Counted from the first letter of the stretch, positions 17,089-27,053 are shown. The stretch: DNA of 36,395 bases from Thermodesulfobacteriota bacterium (GCA_036381125.1 DASVDK010000237.1:1-36395); one strand, 5' to 3'. Program-made: numbers and translations. Notes: generated by a model not told the origin, from the sequence alone.

Positions 17089-17109
17089 CCCCTCCCCCCT
17101 GGGGAGGGG
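17089..17109. promoter_or_regulatory. Putative CsoR operator
   Basis: CCCCTCCCC-CCT-GGGGAGGGG inverted repeat between the -10 box and the csoR RBS; CsoR operators are C-tract/G-tract pseudo-palindromes. Confidence 0.6.
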
Positions 17110-17124
17110 CGTTCGGAGGTTCGC

Positions 17125-17406
17125 GTGAAGGACGACGTTCGGCAGGATGTCGGCCGGCGGCTCAAGAGCGTGGCGGGACACGTCCACGGGGTCCTCAAGA
17201 TGGTCGAGGAGGACAAGTACTGCATCGATGTGATCCGCCAGATCGAGGCGGTCGAGCAGGCGCTCCACAAGGTGAAGCGGCAGCTCCTGGCCGGCCACCT
17301 CGACAGCTGCGTGACGACCGCCATCCGCAGCGAGAACGCCCGCGACCGCGAGCGGGTGCTCAAGGAGCTGCTCGAGGTCTACGACACGGAGCGACGCCTG
17401 AAGTGA
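17125..17406 (+). CDS. csoR: CsoR-family copper-sensing repressor
   Basis: [25 protein letters not shown]...HLDSCV (Cys/His/Cys Cu ligands); GGAGG RBS. Confidence 0.92.
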   Translation: MKDDVRQDVGRRLKSVAGHVHGVLKMVEEDKYCIDVIRQIEAVEQALHKVKRQLLAGHLDSCVTTAIRSENARDRERVLKELLEVYDTERRLK

Positions 17407-19775
17407 GCGTCCCGCGGGAGGTCGAGCTCGGCGTCACGGGGATGACCTGCGCCTCCTGCGTGCGCCGGATCGAGAAGGCCCTCTCGAAGGTGCCGGGGGT
17501 CGTCGAGGCGAGCGTCAACCTGGCCACGGAGCAGGCCCGCGTGGTCTACGACCCCGAGGCGGTCGACGTCGAGGCGCTCGAGCGCACCGTCGAGGCCGCC
17601 GGCTACGGGGTGCGCCGCGCGCCGGCCGGGGCCGCGGCCGGCGAGCCGGCCGACGCGTCGGCGGCGCGGGCGGCGGAAGCCGAGCGGGAGCTGGCCGACC
17701 TGCGGCGCCGGTGGGTCGCGAGCCTTGCCATCGGCGCCGCGATGATGGCGCTCATGTACCTGCCCGTACGCCCCGACACGGCCGTCGTCGCGCCGCTGCT
17801 GCTGATCGCGGCCACGGTGGTGCAGTTCTGGGCGGGCGGGCGCTTCTACCGGGCGGCGTGGGCGGCCGCGAGGCACGGCGCGACGAACATGAACACGCTC
17901 GTCGCGGTCGGCACCAGCGTCGCCTACGGCTACAGCGCCTTCGTGACCCTCTGGCCGCAGCTCGCCGAGCGGTGGGGCTTCCCCGTCCACCTCTACTACG
18001 AGACGTCCGTCGTCATCATCGCGCTCGTCCTCATGGGCCGGTGGCTCGAGGCGCGTGCCAGGACCCGCACGGGCGCCGCCATCGAGGCCCTCGTCCGGCT
18101 CCAGGCGAGGACCGCCCGCGTGATCCGTCACGGCGTCGAGCGCGACGTGCCGGTCGAGTCGGTGCGGCCGGGCGACCTCGTGCGCGTGCGGCCGGGCGAG
18201 ACGGTGCCGGTCGACGGCGTCGTTCGCGAGGGGCGCTCCTCGCTCGACGAGAGCATGCTCACCGGCGAGAGCCTCCCGGTCGAGAAGGGCCCCGGCGACA
18301 CGGTCATCGGCGCAACGCTCAACCGCACCGGCAGCTTCGTCTTCGAGGCGACGCGCGTCGGGCGCGACACCACGCTCGCCCAGATCGTCCGCCTGGTCGA
18401 GGAGGCGCAGGGCGGCAAGGCGCCGATGCAGCGGCTCGCCGACAGGATCTCCGGCTACTTCGTGCCGATCGTCCTCGTCCTCGCCGCCGTCACGTTCGCC
18501 GGCTGGCTCCTCCTCGGCCCGGAGCCGGCCCTGATCCCGGCCCTCACGGCGGCCATCGCGGTGCTCATCATCGCCTGTCCCTGCGCCCTCGGCCTCGCCA
18601 CGCCGACGGCCGTCATGGTCGGCACCGGCAAGGCGGCCGAGCTCGGCATCCTGATCCGCGGCGGCGAGGCGCTCGAGGCGGCGCGGCGCGTCGACACCGT
18701 CGTCCTCGACAAGACCGGCACGCTCACCCGCGGCAGGCCGGCGGTGACCCGGATCGTGACCGACGGCCTCCCGGAGGCGGCCCTGCTGCGCCTCGCGGCC
18801 GCGGTCGAGGTCGGCTCGGAGCACCCGCTCGGCGAGGCGGTCGTCACCCACGCGGCCGGGCTCGGCCTCGACCTGCCCCGCGCCGAGGCGTTCGAGTCGG
18901 TCCCCGGCAAGGGGGTGCGGGCCGTCGTGGAGGGACGTGCCGTCCTCCTCGGCAACCGCGCCCTCATGTCCGATGCGGGCATCGCCCTCGACGGCCTCGA
19001 CCGCCGCGCCGAGGCGCTCGCCCGCGGCGGCGAGACGCCGATGTACGTGGCGGTGGACGGCCGGGGGGTCGGCCTCGTCGGCGTCGCCGACACGCTCGGG
19101 CCGGGTTCGCGAGAGGCGGTGGCCGAGCTACGGGCCCTCGGCCTCGCGGTCGTCATGCTCACGGGCGACGCGCGCGCCACGGCCGAGGCGATCGCGGCCG
19201 AGGCGGGCATCGACGAGGTGCTGGCCGAGGTGCTGCCGCACGAGAAGGCCGAGGCGGTGAAGGCGCTCCAGGCGCGGGGCCGCGTGGTGGCGATGGTCGG
19301 CGACGGCGTCAACGACGCGCCCGCCCTCGCCCAGGCCGACCTCGGCGTCGCGATCGGCACCGGGACGGACGTGGCGCTCGCCGCGTCGGACGTGACGCTC
19401 GTCGGGGGGGACCTGCGCAACCTCGTCACGGCGATCGCGCTCTCCCGCAAGACCGTCGGCGTCATCGCGCAGGGGCTCTTCTGGGCGTTCGCCTACAACG
19501 CGATCCTCATCCCGGTCGCGATGGGGGCGCTCTACCCGGCCTTCGGCGTCCTGCTCGACCCGATGCTCGCCGCGGCGGCCATGGCGATGAGCAGCGTGAG
19601 CGTGGTCACCAACGCCCTGCGCCTGCGCGGCTTCCGGCGACCGGAGAGCGCGGAGGCGATCCTCGACCCGCCGCTCCGCGCGCGGGTGGCCGACTACGCG
19701 TACCTCGCCGGCATCGCGGCGGCCGCCCTGCTGGCCGGGGCCGTGGCGCTCGCGCTCGCGGCCGGCGGACACTGA
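17403..19775 (+). CDS. copA: Cu(I)-translocating P1B-type ATPase
   Basis: GTGA overlap with cso[46 protein letters not shown]. Confidence 0.95.
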   Translation: MSVPREVELGVTGMTCASCVRRIEKALSKVPGVVEASVNLATEQARVVYDPEAVDVEALERTVEAAGYGVRRAPAGAAAGEPADASAARAAEAERELADLRRRWVASLAIGAAMMALMYLPVRPDTAVVAPLLLIAATVVQFWAGGRFYRAAWAAARHGATNMNTLVAVGTSVAYGYSAFVTLWPQLAERWGFPVHLYYETSVVIIALVLMGRWLEARARTRTGAAIEALVRLQARTARVIRHGVERDVPVESVRPGDLVRVRPGETVPVDGVVREGRSSLDESMLTGESLPVEKGPGDTVIGATLNRTGSFVFEATRVGRDTTLAQIVRLVEEAQGGKAPMQRLADRISGYFVPIVLVLAAVTFAGWLLLGPEPALIPALTAAIAVLIIACPCALGLATPTAVMVGTGKAAELGILIRGGEALEAARRVDTVVLDKTGTLTRGRPAVTRIVTDGLPEAALLRLAAAVEVGSEHPLGEAVVTHAAGLGLDLPRAEAFESVPGKGVRAVVEGRAVLLGNRALMSDAGIALDGLDRRAEALARGGETPMYVAVDGRGVGLVGVADTLGPGSREAVAELRALGLAVVMLTGDARATAEAIAAEAGIDEVLAEVLPHEKAEAVKALQARGRVVAMVGDGVNDAPALAQADLGVAIGTGTDVALAASDVTLVGGDLRNLVTAIALSRKTVGVIAQGLFWAFAYNAILIPVAMGALYPAFGVLLDPMLAAAAMAMSSVSVVTNALRLRGFRRPESAEAILDPPLRARVADYAYLAGIAAAALLAGAVALALAAGGH

Positions 19776-19798
19776 TCACGGAAGGAGGCAAGACCCGC

Positions 19799-20014
19799 AT
19801 GGCCACGGTCATCCTGAACGTACCCGACATCTCGTGCGGGCACTGCGAGCAGACGATCACCAGGGCGCTCGCGCCGGTGGACGGCGTGACGAGCGTCCGG
19901 GTCGACATCCCGGCGCGGCGCGTACACGTGGAGTACGACGAGCGCCGGGTCGACGTGGAGCGGATCTCGCGCGTCCTCGCCGAGGAGGACTACCCGGTCG
20001 CGGCCACCGAATAG
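19799..20014 (+). CDS. copZ: Copper chaperone (HMA domain)
   Basis: AGGAGG RBS; MATVILNVPDISCGHCEQTI (SCxxC), 71 aa. Confidence 0.9.
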   Translation: MATVILNVPDISCGHCEQTITRALAPVDGVTSVRVDIPARRVHVEYDERRVDVERISRVLAEEDYPVAATE

Positions 20015-20095
20015 ACGGAGGTGCCGCCCTCGTCTATGCTCTAGCCGGCGTCCCGGGGGCCGCCCGGGGCGCTGCCGACACCGATGGAGGTTCGA

Positions 20096-20629
20096 GTGCG
20101 CAGGTTGCCGTCTCTGGCCGCCGCCGTGGCGGCGGCGCTCCTCACGGGCGTCGCGCCCACCGTGGCGGACGAGCCCGTCCGCGTCGAGGGGCTGGCCGAC
20201 TGGCTGGCCGGGGCCCCGGGCCCCGACCACGCGGCCCGCGCCTACCCACAGTACGCGCAGCAGAAGCCGAGCACCCCCATCCGGCTCATGGGCGTGGCGA
20301 CGCTCATGGGGCGCCTGCGGCTCGGCGACAGGCCCTTCATCGTCGACGTGCGGACCTATCCGGAGTTCCTGGAGGCCCACCTGCCGGATGCGGTGAACAT
20401 CCCGCTCGCCGAGGTCGAGAAGCGGATCGGCGAGTTCCCCAGGCAGGGGACCGTCGTCCTCTACAGAGCGTGCCCCCACCACCTGGCCAGTTTGGCCAGC
20501 GAGAAGCTGTACAAGGCGGGGTACCGCAACATGTACGTCCTCGACGAGGGGATCCCGGGCTGGGCGCGGATGGGCTACCCCATCGAGCAGGGGCCGCCGA
20601 AGGCGCCGAGGCGCACCTCTCTCCGGTAG
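20096..20629 (+). CDS. Exported rhodanese-like protein; catalytic position encoded by AGA (Arg) instead of Cys/Sec
   Basis: GGAGG then GTG 20096; signal peptide; IVDVR..EF..AHLPDAVNIP, VVLY-R-ACP, VLDEGIPGW..GYP. Confidence 0.85.
   Translation: MRRLPSLAAAVAAALLTGVAPTVADEPVRVEGLADWLAGAPGPDHAARAYPQYAQQKPSTPIRLMGVATLMGRLRLGDRPFIVDVRTYPEFLEAHLPDAVNIPLAEVEKRIGEFPRQGTVVLYRACPHHLASLASEKLYKAGYRNMYVLDEGIPGWARMGYPIEQGPPKAPRRTSLR
20483..20499 (+). promoter_or_regulatory. SECIS-like hairpin downstream of the AGA codon in the rhodanese gene
   Basis: CUGGCCA-GUU-UGGCCAG: perfect 7-bp stem starting 16 nt after AGA (20465-20467), G-first loop, rare codons AGT and TTG. Confidence 0.55.
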
Positions 20630-20687
20630 TCGCGCCGACCCGGCCGACGTCCGCGGTCGATTCGTCGACTGCGGTGGCCGGCGCGAC
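20629..20687 (+). terminator. Large hairpin after the rhodanese stop (possible terminator or stabiliser)
   Basis: Inner CCGCGGTCGA-TTCG-TCGACTGCGG with outer GTCGCGC/GCGCGAC arms; no real U-tract. A TATAGT -10 box follows at 20711-20716. Confidence 0.45.
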
Positions 20688-20742
20688 ACTTCCGGTCCGG
20701 CGTTCGGCGCTATAGTGCCGGGAATCGACGGAGCCATTCCCG

Positions 20743-21855
20743 GTGAGCGCCTATCTCTCCATCCGCGGGCTGTCGCGACGCTTCGGCCCCGTGGCCGCCG
20801 TGGACGGACTCTCGCTCGACGTCCGGCACGGCGAGATGCTCTTCCTCCTCGGGCCGTCGGGCTGCGGCAAGTCGACGACGCTGCGTCTCGTGGCGGGCTA
20901 CGAGCGGGCCGACGGCGGATCGATCACGCTGGGCGGCCGGCCGCTCGACCCGGTGCCGGTCCACCGCCGCAACATCGGCATGGTCTTCCAGGACTACGCC
21001 CTCTTCCCCCACCGCACGGTCCTCGAGAACGTCGGCTTCGGCCTCAAGATGCGGGGCGTCCGGCCGGCCGAGCGCGACCGCCGCGCGCGCGCCGCGCTCG
21101 CCCAGGTGGACCTCGAGGGCCTCGAGGCGCGCTACCCCTGGCAGCTCTCCGGCGGGCAGCGCCAGCGGGTGGCGCTCGCCCGCGCCATCGTCTTCGAGCC
21201 CGACCTCCTGCTCCTCGACGAGCCGCTCGCGAGCCTCGACCGGCGGCTGCGCGACGCGGTGCGCCTCGAGCTGCGCGCGCTGCAGCGCCGGCTCGGCCTC
21301 ACCGCCATCTACGTCACGCACGACCAGGACGAGGCGCTCGAGATGGCCGACCGGATCGCGGTCATGGACCGGGGGCGCCTCGTGCAGGTCGGCACGCCGT
21401 CGGAGGTCTACAACGCGCCGGCCACCGGCTACGTGGCGGCCTTCCTCGGCGACGCGAGCCGCTTCGCCGGCCGCCTCGTGGTCGCCGACCGCGGCGCCGA
21501 GGTCGTCACCGACGGCGGCCTGCGACTGCGCGTGCCGCGCACGCCCGGCATCGGCCCGGGCGACCGCGTGGAGGTCTACCTGCGCCCCGAGCGGGTCCGG
21601 ATCGCGCGCGAGGGCGAGGACCGGGCGCCGGCCGGCGCGCGATCGACCGGGGGGACCGACCGCTTCGGCGGCGTCGTCGAGACGGTCGCCTATCACGGCG
21701 CCGGCGTCTCGTACCACGTGCGCCTCGACGGGGGCGGCCGCGTCGTCGCGCGCGAGCCGATCCCGGGCGGCGCCCCCCGGCTCGCGTCGGGCGACCGGGT
21801 CGTCGTCGCGTGGGCTCCCGAGCAACTCACGGTCGTCAAGGAGAGCGACGCATGA
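20743..21855 (+). CDS. ABC transporter ATP-binding protein (PotA-like)
   Basis: GPSGCGKST, VFQDYALFPH, LSGGQRQR, LLLDEPL, YVTHDQDEA, C-terminal TOBE-like region. Confidence 0.92.
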   Translation: MSAYLSIRGLSRRFGPVAAVDGLSLDVRHGEMLFLLGPSGCGKSTTLRLVAGYERADGGSITLGGRPLDPVPVHRRNIGMVFQDYALFPHRTVLENVGFGLKMRGVRPAERDRRARAALAQVDLEGLEARYPWQLSGGQRQRVALARAIVFEPDLLLLDEPLASLDRRLRDAVRLELRALQRRLGLTAIYVTHDQDEALEMADRIAVMDRGRLVQVGTPSEVYNAPATGYVAAFLGDASRFAGRLVVADRGAEVVTDGGLRLRVPRTPGIGPGDRVEVYLRPERVRIAREGEDRAPAGARSTGGTDRFGGVVETVAYHGAGVSYHVRLDGGGRVVAREPIPGGAPRLASGDRVVVAWAPEQLTVVKESDA

Positions 21856-23012
21856 TCCGCCGACGCACCTTCCTCGCCGCGGCGCTGGCCGCCGGCCTCT
21901 CCTCCGCGCCGAAGGTCACCGGCGCCGCCCGCCCCTTCGAGGGGGAGTCGCTCGTGATCGGCGCCTACTCGGGACCGACGCAGAAGTTCTTCGAGCAGTG
22001 GTTCGTGCCGCAGTTCGAGCGCCGCACCGGCGCGAAGGTCGCCGTGTCGTACTACTGGTGGGAGGGGATCCCGAACCTCGTCGCCTCGCTCCCCGGCCCG
22101 GCGCCCTACGACCTCATGGTGACCGACCCGACGCAGGGCTATCCGGCCATCCTGGGCTACGTCGCGCCGGGCGGGCCGGAGCAGGACCGGAAGGCCGGCG
22201 GGCAGAGCCTCTTCGCGAAGATCGACTGGGCGAACGTTCCCAACGTGAAGCGGCTCCACCCGGCCGTCGTCGACAACTTCGTCGTGAGGGAGGGCTACGG
22301 CGTCACGCTGGCCGGCTCGGGCATGGCGCTGGTGGTCCACCGCGACGTGACGCCGCAGGTCGCGAGCTGGGGCGACCTCCTGCGGCCCGACCTCGCCGGC
22401 AAGGTGGGGCTCTACGACAGCCTCTACATGAGCCTCTTCACCTTCGCCGCCATGAAGGCGGCGGCCGAGGGGAAGGCCGGCCGGGCGCACGAGCTCGTCG
22501 CGGCGGACCTCGACGGCGTCCTCGCCTTCGCGAGGGCCAACCGCGACCGCGTCGCCTACTGGTGGCCCAACTCCGCCAAGGCGCAGGAGCAGCTCGTCAT
22601 GAAGGGGTTCCTCGCCGGCAACATGCACACGCAGGCGGCGGCGAACCTCCTGCGCGAGGAGCAGCCGGTGCGGGTCGTCACGCCGGCCGAGGACCGGGCG
22701 TACGTGCAGTACGTCTGGGCGATTCCCCGCACCAGCGCGAAGAAGCGGCTCGCCGAGGCGGCCCTCGACTTCCTGCTCGCGCCCGAGTCGCAGCGCGCGC
22801 TGGCGACCGTCGGCCTGCAGAACGTCGGCATCCTCGAGGTGGCCAGGGAGGTCGCTGCGGAGGACCCGTCCTGGGCCGCCGCCTATCCGCACACGGACGA
22901 GGAGTACCGGACGCTCCGTTACTACCCGTACGACGTCTACCTCCAGGACGCCGCCACCTGGGCCCGGCTCAACCGCTTCTGGGAGCGCGAGGTCCTGCGC
23001 AAGGGGTTCTAG
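21852..23012 (+). CDS. Extracellular solute-binding protein (PotD/PotF-like), Tat-exported
   Basis: ATGA overlap; MIRRRTFLAAALAAG twin-Arg signal; KIDWANVPN, SWGDLL, FLLAPESQ. Confidence 0.85.
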   Translation: MIRRRTFLAAALAAGLSSAPKVTGAARPFEGESLVIGAYSGPTQKFFEQWFVPQFERRTGAKVAVSYYWWEGIPNLVASLPGPAPYDLMVTDPTQGYPAILGYVAPGGPEQDRKAGGQSLFAKIDWANVPNVKRLHPAVVDNFVVREGYGVTLAGSGMALVVHRDVTPQVASWGDLLRPDLAGKVGLYDSLYMSLFTFAAMKAAAEGKAGRAHELVAADLDGVLAFARANRDRVAYWWPNSAKAQEQLVMKGFLAGNMHTQAAANLLREEQPVRVVTPAEDRAYVQYVWAIPRTSAKKRLAEAALDFLLAPESQRALATVGLQNVGILEVAREVAAEDPSWAAAYPHTDEEYRTLRYYPYDVYLQDAATWARLNRFWEREVLRKGF

Positions 23013-23954
23013 GTGCCGCGACGCGGCGGGGGAGGCCGCCCCTGGGGCCATGCCGGCTGGCCCCTCTGGTTGCCGGCCGCGGCGCTCGCCGCGATCGGCT
23101 TCGCCGCGCCGCTCGCCTGGCTCGGCCGGCTCTCGCTCTACGAGTCGGCAGGCTCGGGCGGCTACGGCCTCGGCAACGCCGGCCTCTACGTCGCCGGCAC
23201 GCTCACCCTCGACAACTACCGGGCGCTCCTCGCCGACCGCTACGTCTGGCGGATCGCCGCCTTCACGCTCGAGCTCGGGCTCGTCTCGGCTCTCGCGTCG
23301 GTGGCGCTCGCCTACCCGTTCGCGCTCGTGATCGATCGGGCGCGGGGCTGGAGCCAGGCGGCGCTCCTCGGCGCGACGATCCTGCCCAAGTTCGTGAACC
23401 CGCTCGTCGTCATCGCCGGCGTCGAGGTGGCGCTCGCCCAGGACGGCCCGGTCCGGTCGCTCCTGGTGCCGCTCGGCCTCGTCGGCGAGGAGACGCGGCT
23501 CGCGCACACCTTCCTGGCGGTGGTCGTGGGCGAGGTCGTCTTCGTCCTCCCCTACGCGGTCCTGATCCTCGTGGCGACGTTCGCCTCGGTCGGCCGGTCG
23601 CTCGTCGCCGCCGCGCGCGGGCTCGGCGCCTCGCCGCTTCGCGCCTTCCTCGAGGTGACGCTCCCCCTCTCCTGGCGCGGCACGCGGGCGGCGCTGGTGC
23701 TCTGCCTCGTCTTCGGCCTCTCGGCGTTCACCGCCCCCTTCTTCCTCGGCGGCCCCGAGCACTACACGCTCTCCATCCTGGTCCACCGGCTGGTGCTCGT
23801 GAACCTCGACTGGGCGGCCGGGGCGGCGGCGGCGGTGGAGATGCTCGGGCTCGCCGTCCTCGTGGTGCTCGTGGCGAGCCGCCTGGCCGCGGCCCCGCGC
23901 ACCGGCGACCGCGAGGCGACCGTGCCGGCGCCTGCGCAACGGAGCGCAGCGTGA
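23013..23954 (+). CDS. ABC permease (PotB-like)
   Basis: TLDNY, LAYPFA, LPYAVL, SLVAAARGLGAS. Confidence 0.88.
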   Translation: MPRRGGGGRPWGHAGWPLWLPAAALAAIGFAAPLAWLGRLSLYESAGSGGYGLGNAGLYVAGTLTLDNYRALLADRYVWRIAAFTLELGLVSALASVALAYPFALVIDRARGWSQAALLGATILPKFVNPLVVIAGVEVALAQDGPVRSLLVPLGLVGEETRLAHTFLAVVVGEVVFVLPYAVLILVATFASVGRSLVAAARGLGASPLRAFLEVTLPLSWRGTRAALVLCLVFGLSAFTAPFFLGGPEHYTLSILVHRLVLVNLDWAAGAAAAVEMLGLAVLVVLVASRLAAAPRTGDREATVPAPAQRSAA

Positions 23955-24757
23955 CCGATCGGCTGTGGCGGGCCGCGGGAGGCCTCTACGCCCTCGCCGT
24001 GGCCGGGGCGCTCGTCTCGGTGCTCGGCTTCGCCCTGGCCGTGTCCTTCAACCCCTCGACGGTCATCGGGCTGCCGACCTCCGGCCTGTCGCTGCGGTGG
24101 TACCGGGAGTTCTTCGCGAGCCCGGTCTGGCGCCAGGGGGTCGGCAACAGCGTCCTGGTCGCGGCGCTCTCGACGGCGCTCGCGCTGGTCGTCGGCGGCG
24201 CATCGGCCCTGGCCGCCGACCGGGCGTCGCGCCGTCGCGCGGCGCTCCTCGAGGCGTCGCTCGTGGCGCCGCTCCTCACCCCGGGCATCGCGCTCGCGCT
24301 CGGGCTGCTGGTCTTCTTCCGGTGGCTCGGGATCTCCGGCACCTACTGGGCGCTCGCGCTGGGCCACGCGCTCATCTCGACGCCGGTCGTCTTCCTCGTC
24401 CTGCGCAGCACCCTCGCCGGGATCGACCCCCGCCTCGAGGAGGCGGCGCGCGGCCTCGGCGCGAGCCCCTGGCGCGCGCGCGCCGCGGTGACGCTGCCGC
24501 TCGCGCTGCCGGGCGTCGCGGTTGCCGCGATCTTCGCGATCATCCTCTCCATCGGCGAGGTCGTCATCTCGCTCCTGGTCTCCACGCCGACGACCCAGAC
24601 GCTCTCGAAGGTCATCTGGCCGAACCTGCAGTACGAGCTGACCCCGATCGTGGCGGCCGCCTCCGGCGTCCTCCTGCTGGCCGCCGGGCTCCTCATCGGG
24701 GTGGCGGCGCGACTGGTCCGCCTCGACCGGCTGGCGGTCGTGCTGAGGGGGCGATGA
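23951..24757 (+). CDS. ABC permease (PotC-like)
   Basis: GTGA overlap; SLRWY, LEEAARGLGAS, VTLPL. Confidence 0.88.
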   Translation: MTDRLWRAAGGLYALAVAGALVSVLGFALAVSFNPSTVIGLPTSGLSLRWYREFFASPVWRQGVGNSVLVAALSTALALVVGGASALAADRASRRRAALLEASLVAPLLTPGIALALGLLVFFRWLGISGTYWALALGHALISTPVVFLVLRSTLAGIDPRLEEAARGLGASPWRARAAVTLPLALPGVAVAAIFAIILSIGEVVISLLVSTPTTQTLSKVIWPNLQYELTPIVAAASGVLLLAAGLLIGVAARLVRLDRLAVVLRGR

Positions 24758-26238
24758 CCGAGCCTCGCTGGTTCAAGGGGGTGTGGGACGGCGCCCTCAA
24801 CCCCTGCTACACCATCGCCGGCTACAACCGGATCGAGGGCGAGGTGCACGGCGCCGTCCGCCGGATCGCGGTCTGGGTCTTCGAGGACGAGCGCTTCATC
24901 CTGGCCTACGACCAGCGCGACATGTACCACGTGGGCGCGGCGTTCGTCGGCCGCTTCCTTCGCGATCCGGCCCATCTCGCCCGCACCTGGCGGGCGGTGC
25001 GGCGGCTCGAGGGGGAAATCGCGCGCCTCGGCGGCCTCGCGGCGGCGGAGGTCGGCCGCGAGCCGCCGGAGCCGGCGGCACGCGCGCGGCTCGCCGCGGT
25101 GCACGACCGGCTCCACGCCGCGTTCGCCGAGCTGTTCGGCTGGGCCTCCCTCTGCGAGCCGTGCGGGCTCGTCCTGCAACGGGACCTGGCGGAGCGCTGC
25201 GCGGCGCACTTCGGCCGCGAGACCGGTCCGGTCTACCAGGCGCGTCTCACGGCGCCGACCTTCGTCTCCTGGGCGAGGCGGGAGGCCTTCGCTCGCCGCC
25301 GGCTTGCCGCGGCGCTCCACGCCCTCCCGCGCGGGGCGCGGCGGCTCGACCGGCTCCCCGCGGGCCTGGCCCGCGCGCTCGCGCGCCACGCGACCCGCTT
25401 CGGCTTCCTCGGCCACAACTACCTCGAGGCGCGGCCGGCCGGGGCGGCGTCGATCCTGCGGGCGATCCTCGCAGATGAACGGGGCGGAACGCCCCCGTCG
25501 CCCGGTCCCTCGCCGGCGGCCCAGGCTCGACAGGCCGCGCGCGACCGCGCCCGCCTCCTCGCGGCCCATCGCGTCCCCGCGGACACCGCCCGCCGCATCG
25601 CGCTCCTCGACGACCTCTCGCGCCTGCAGGACGAGCGCAAGCGGCTCGTCCTCATCGCGATGGGCCATCTCGACGCCCTCCTCCGGCATACCGCCCGGCT
25701 GGCCGGCGAGCCGCTCGCGCGGATGCGGGTCTGGCTGCCCGACGAGGCCTCGGCGTTCCTTCGATCCGGTCTCCGCCCGTCGGCGGACCGGGTCGCCGCG
25801 CGCCTCGGCGCCGCGGCGGTCGTGACGCGGAGCGGCGTGTGCCGGCTCGTCGAGGACCCGGCAGCCGTCGCACGCTGGCGCGACCGGGTGACGCACGTGC
25901 CGGCCTCGCTCGACGGCCGTCTCGCGGGGACCGTCGCCTCGCGCGGGGTCGCCGCCGGACCGGCCCGCGTGCTCCTCACGGCCCGCGACGCGGGCCGCGT
26001 GCGGCGGGGCGACGTGCTCGTGGCCGGCAACACGACGCCCGACTACATGCCGGCGCTGCGGCGCGCCGCCGCGGTCGTGACCGAGAAGGGGGGCATGACC
26101 TCGCACGCCGCGCTCATCGCCCGCGAGCTGGGGATCCCCTGCCTCGTCGGCGTTGCGCAGGTGACGCGGCGGGTGCCGGACGGCGCGCGCCTTCGGGTGG
26201 ACGCCGACCGCGGCGTCGCCGTGGTGGAGCACCCGTGA
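24754..26238 (+). CDS. PEP-utilising enzyme phosphohistidine (swivel) domain protein with a large N-terminal putative substrate-binding domain
   Basis: ATGA overlap; C-terminal GTVASRGVAAGPARV, GDVLVA..TTPD, VVTEKGGMTSHAALIARELGIPC. Confidence 0.87.
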   Translation: MTEPRWFKGVWDGALNPCYTIAGYNRIEGEVHGAVRRIAVWVFEDERFILAYDQRDMYHVGAAFVGRFLRDPAHLARTWRAVRRLEGEIARLGGLAAAEVGREPPEPAARARLAAVHDRLHAAFAELFGWASLCEPCGLVLQRDLAERCAAHFGRETGPVYQARLTAPTFVSWARREAFARRRLAAALHALPRGARRLDRLPAGLARALARHATRFGFLGHNYLEARPAGAASILRAILADERGGTPPSPGPSPAAQARQAARDRARLLAAHRVPADTARRIALLDDLSRLQDERKRLVLIAMGHLDALLRHTARLAGEPLARMRVWLPDEASAFLRSGLRPSADRVAARLGAAAVVTRSGVCRLVEDPAAVARWRDRVTHVPASLDGRLAGTVASRGVAAGPARVLLTARDAGRVRRGDVLVAGNTTPDYMPALRRAAAVVTEKGGMTSHAALIARELGIPCLVGVAQVTRRVPDGARLRVDADRGVAVVEHP

Positions 26239-27053
26239 CGTGGGTGATCGACCTCGGCGACCGGGCCGCGCTCGATCCCGCCGTGGCCGGCGGCAAGGGG
26301 GCCGGTCTCGCCCGGCTCGCGCGGGCCTCGCTCCCGACGTTGCCCGGCGCCGTCGTGACGACCGCCGCGTTCCGGGCCGCCGGCGGACGGGCGCCGGGGC
26401 GCCTCCCCGGCCTCGCCGCAGCCGTCCGCGCGCACCTCGCCCGCATGGGGCCCGGGCCCTTCGCCGTGCGGAGCAGCGCCCCGGCCGAGGACGGACGCGA
26501 GGCCTCCTGGGCCGGCGTCCTCGACACGCGGCTCGGCGTGCCGGCAACCGGCGTGCTCCGGGCGATCGGCGCGGTCTGGCGGTCGGCGCGCGGCGCACGC
26601 GCACGCGTCTACGCGGGGAGGCGAGCCCTCGAGCTGGCCGTGGTGATCCAGCCGCTCGCGGCGGCGGCCGCCGCCGGCACCTGCTTCACGGCCTCGCCGG
26701 GGGGCGCGCGCACGCCGCTCGTCGTGGTCGAGGCGCTGGCCGGGCTCGGCGCGCCGCTGGCCGGCGGCACGCTCACCCCGGATCGCTACCTGGTGGACCG
26801 CGCGACCGGGATCGTCCTCGACGCGCGCCCCTGCGCGCAGCCCTGGCGCCTGGCGCCCGTCCGGCGCGGCCTCGTCCGGGTCCGGCTCGGCCGCGCGGAG
26901 GCGGCGGCGCCGAAGCTGCCGCTCCCCGTCGTGCGGCGCATCGCCCGGCTCGCCCTGAGGGTCGAGCGCCGCCTCGGCGGCCCGCAGGACGTGGAGTGGG
27001 TGTGGGACGGCACGGGCGTCGCGCTCGTGCAGGCGCGGCCGCTCACCGGGTGA
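26235..27053 (+). CDS. Stand-alone PPDK/PEP-synthase N-terminal ATP-grasp domain protein
   Basis: GTGA overlap; AGGKGAGL, FAVRSSAPAEDG..ASWAG, AVVIQ, PQDVEW, LVQARPLT. Confidence 0.87.
   Translation: MTWVIDLGDRAALDPAVAGGKGAGLARLARASLPTLPGAVVTTAAFRAAGGRAPGRLPGLAAAVRAHLARMGPGPFAVRSSAPAEDGREASWAGVLDTRLGVPATGVLRAIGAVWRSARGARARVYAGRRALELAVVIQPLAAAAAAGTCFTASPGGARTPLVVVEALAGLGAPLAGGTLTPDRYLVDRATGIVLDARPCAQPWRLAPVRRGLVRVRLGRAEAAAPKLPLPVVRRIARLALRVERRLGGPQDVEWVWDGTGVALVQARPLTG

Noticed and set aside
16929-17402. N-terminal extension of CopA as given in the ORF track
   Set aside because: It overlaps the promoter and csoR; the GTGA overlap at 17403 gives a normal start just before the metal-binding domain.
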